DNA from: Syntrophorhabdaceae bacterium
Lineage (GTDB): Bacteria; Desulfobacterota; Syntrophorhabdia; Syntrophorhabdales; Syntrophorhabdaceae
Reading direction: 5' to 3'
Assembly: GCA_963665295.1 (NCBI GenBank)
Contig: OY762209.1
Location: forward strand, 4,128,001 to 4,192,000
DNA: 64,000 nt
Positions 62,862-64,000 of this stretch are shown here, piece by piece; the first letter of the stretch is position 1, and each line of letters opens with the position of its first letter. The translations under genes and the position numbers were made by a program. The notes under the pieces were generated by a model that was not told the origin of the DNA, did not search any database, and was given only the letters and a program-made list of their open reading frames with translations.

Positions 62862-64000
62862 CTATGCATCCAGCAGATCCCTTACCTTCTGCAACAGGTT
62901 ATTAGGAGACAGTGGTTTGGAAATAAAAGCGAATTCCTTTTCCTGAATGCCCTTGTCGAGAAGGATGTCCCTGGTGTGACCGCTCATAAAAAGCACTTTG
63001 ACATCAGGTCTCATCTTCACGATCTCATCGTATGCTTCCCGTCCGTTTTTTCTGGGCATGACCGAATCAAGGACCACCAGGTCTATGGGTTCGTTCTTTC
63101 GAAACTTGTCTATCGCGTCCTCTCCGTCCACTGCTTCGATGATATGATAGCCGTAAAGGGAAAAGATGTCTCTGGTGAACCGTCTCACGTCATCGTTATC
63201 TTCGGCGATCAGGATCGTTTCCTTTCCCCGCTTCAGTACCGATGCGGCCACCGCTTCCGTGTCTCTTCCCGTTTTCACCACAGGCAGGTAAATATTGAAG
63301 GTACTGCCCATGTCAGGCTCACTATAGACCGTAATATACCCGTTGTGCTGTTTTACGATCCCGTATACCGTGGCCAGGCCGAGTCCCGTTCCCTTTCCCG
63401 TCTCCTTGGTGGTGAAGAAAGGCTCGAATATCTTTTCTTTTGTCGCCGCATCCATGCCCATGCCCGTGTCGGACACAGAAAGGAGCGCATATTTGCCTGG
63501 TTCGCCGAACCCGTGGACCAGCACGAAGTCTCCGTCCAGCACGGCCGGCTTCGTTTCGATGATCACAGTCCCTCCTTTCGGCATGGAATCCCGTGCATTC
63601 GTCACGAGATTAAACAATATCTGGTCGATCTGGGTGGCATCCGCCATTACGGTCAGGTCGTTCGGGCTTAATCCGGTTTCCAGCCTGATGTCCTCGGTAA
63701 GGAGCCGGTTAAGGAGTTGTCTTGTACCCTGGATGATGTTGTTAATGTCGATACGTTGCAGGTTTATGGGTTGCTGCCTGCCGAAAGTCAGGAGACTCCT
63801 TGTTAAGCTGGAAGCCTTGTGCGCCGCGGTGAGGATCTGATCCGCATATACCTTGAGAGGGTCCGTATCGTCCATGCGAATCTGAAGGAGGCTGCCGTAG
63901 CCAATGAGTGCCGTGAGGATATTATTGAAATCATGGGCAATTCCACCCGTAAGCGTGCCGATGGCCTCCATTTTCTCGGCCCGGCGTAGGTGAGATTCCA
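62862..64000 (-). CDS. Hybrid histidine kinase (C-terminal part; 5' end beyond window)
   Basis: Frame open to the window edge (..ESHLRRAEKMEAIG); AHDFNNIL, NARDSM, FFTTK, GTGLGL, receiver DSVMP. Confidence 0.93.
   Translation of the reverse strand, partial: ESHLRRAEKMEAIGTLTGGIAHDFNNILTALIGYGSLLQIRMDDTDPLKVYADQILTAAHKASSLTRSLLTFGRQQPINLQRIDINNIIQGTRQLLNRLLTEDIRLETGLSPNDLTVMADATQIDQILFNLVTNARDSMPKGGTVIIETKPAVLDGDFVLVHGFGEPGKYALLSVSDTGMGMDAATKEKIFEPFFTTKETGKGTGLGLATVYGIVKQHNGYITVYSEPDMGSTFNIYLPVVKTGRDTEAVAASVLKRGKETILIAEDNDDVRRFTRDIFSLYGYHIIEAVDGEDAIDKFRKNEPIDLVVLDSVMPRKNGREAYDEIVKMRPDVKVLFMSGHTRDILLDKGIQEKEFAFISKPLSPNNLLQKVRDLLDA

Overview
Gene-dense chromosomal window from an anaerobic, deltaproteobacterial-type (Desulfobacterota, Syntrophorhabdus/Syntrophus-like) genome; the taxonomy is inferred from gene order and gene content. 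Positions 1-12 kb hold one minus-strand superoperon: yceD-rpmF-plsX-[acyl-CoA dehydrogenase]-fabD-fabG-acpP-fabF-rpiB-glyA-dCMP deaminase-nrdR-ribD-ribE-ribBA-ribH. An acyl-CoA dehydrogenase sits exactly in the slot normally held by fabH. Positions 12-16.7 kb carry a probable 6S RNA heading a sulfur-handling cluster (UPF0280/ApbE-like, NIL-ferredoxin, cysteine desulfurase, mtaB, yggT, yggU). The remainder encodes hybrid PAS histidine kinases, two HDOD proteins, a split CbcL-like 13-heme cytochrome c/cytochrome b pair, a GlcD-like oxidoreductase and a Pat-type acetyltransferase. It also encodes ahbA, polA, a partial peptide ABC transporter, a divergent EF-G paralog with birA-coaX, budA, nadE, ilvD and a MoxR-DUF58-DUF4129 trio. 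Elements absent from the ORF track include the 6S RNA, a riboswitch-like leader before a cyclophilin, a sigma28-driven 43-aa ORF, an operator-like palindrome and several apparently leaderless transcripts. I saw no CRISPR, tRNA, rRNA or mobile element. All family assignments are from motif recognition, not database searches.
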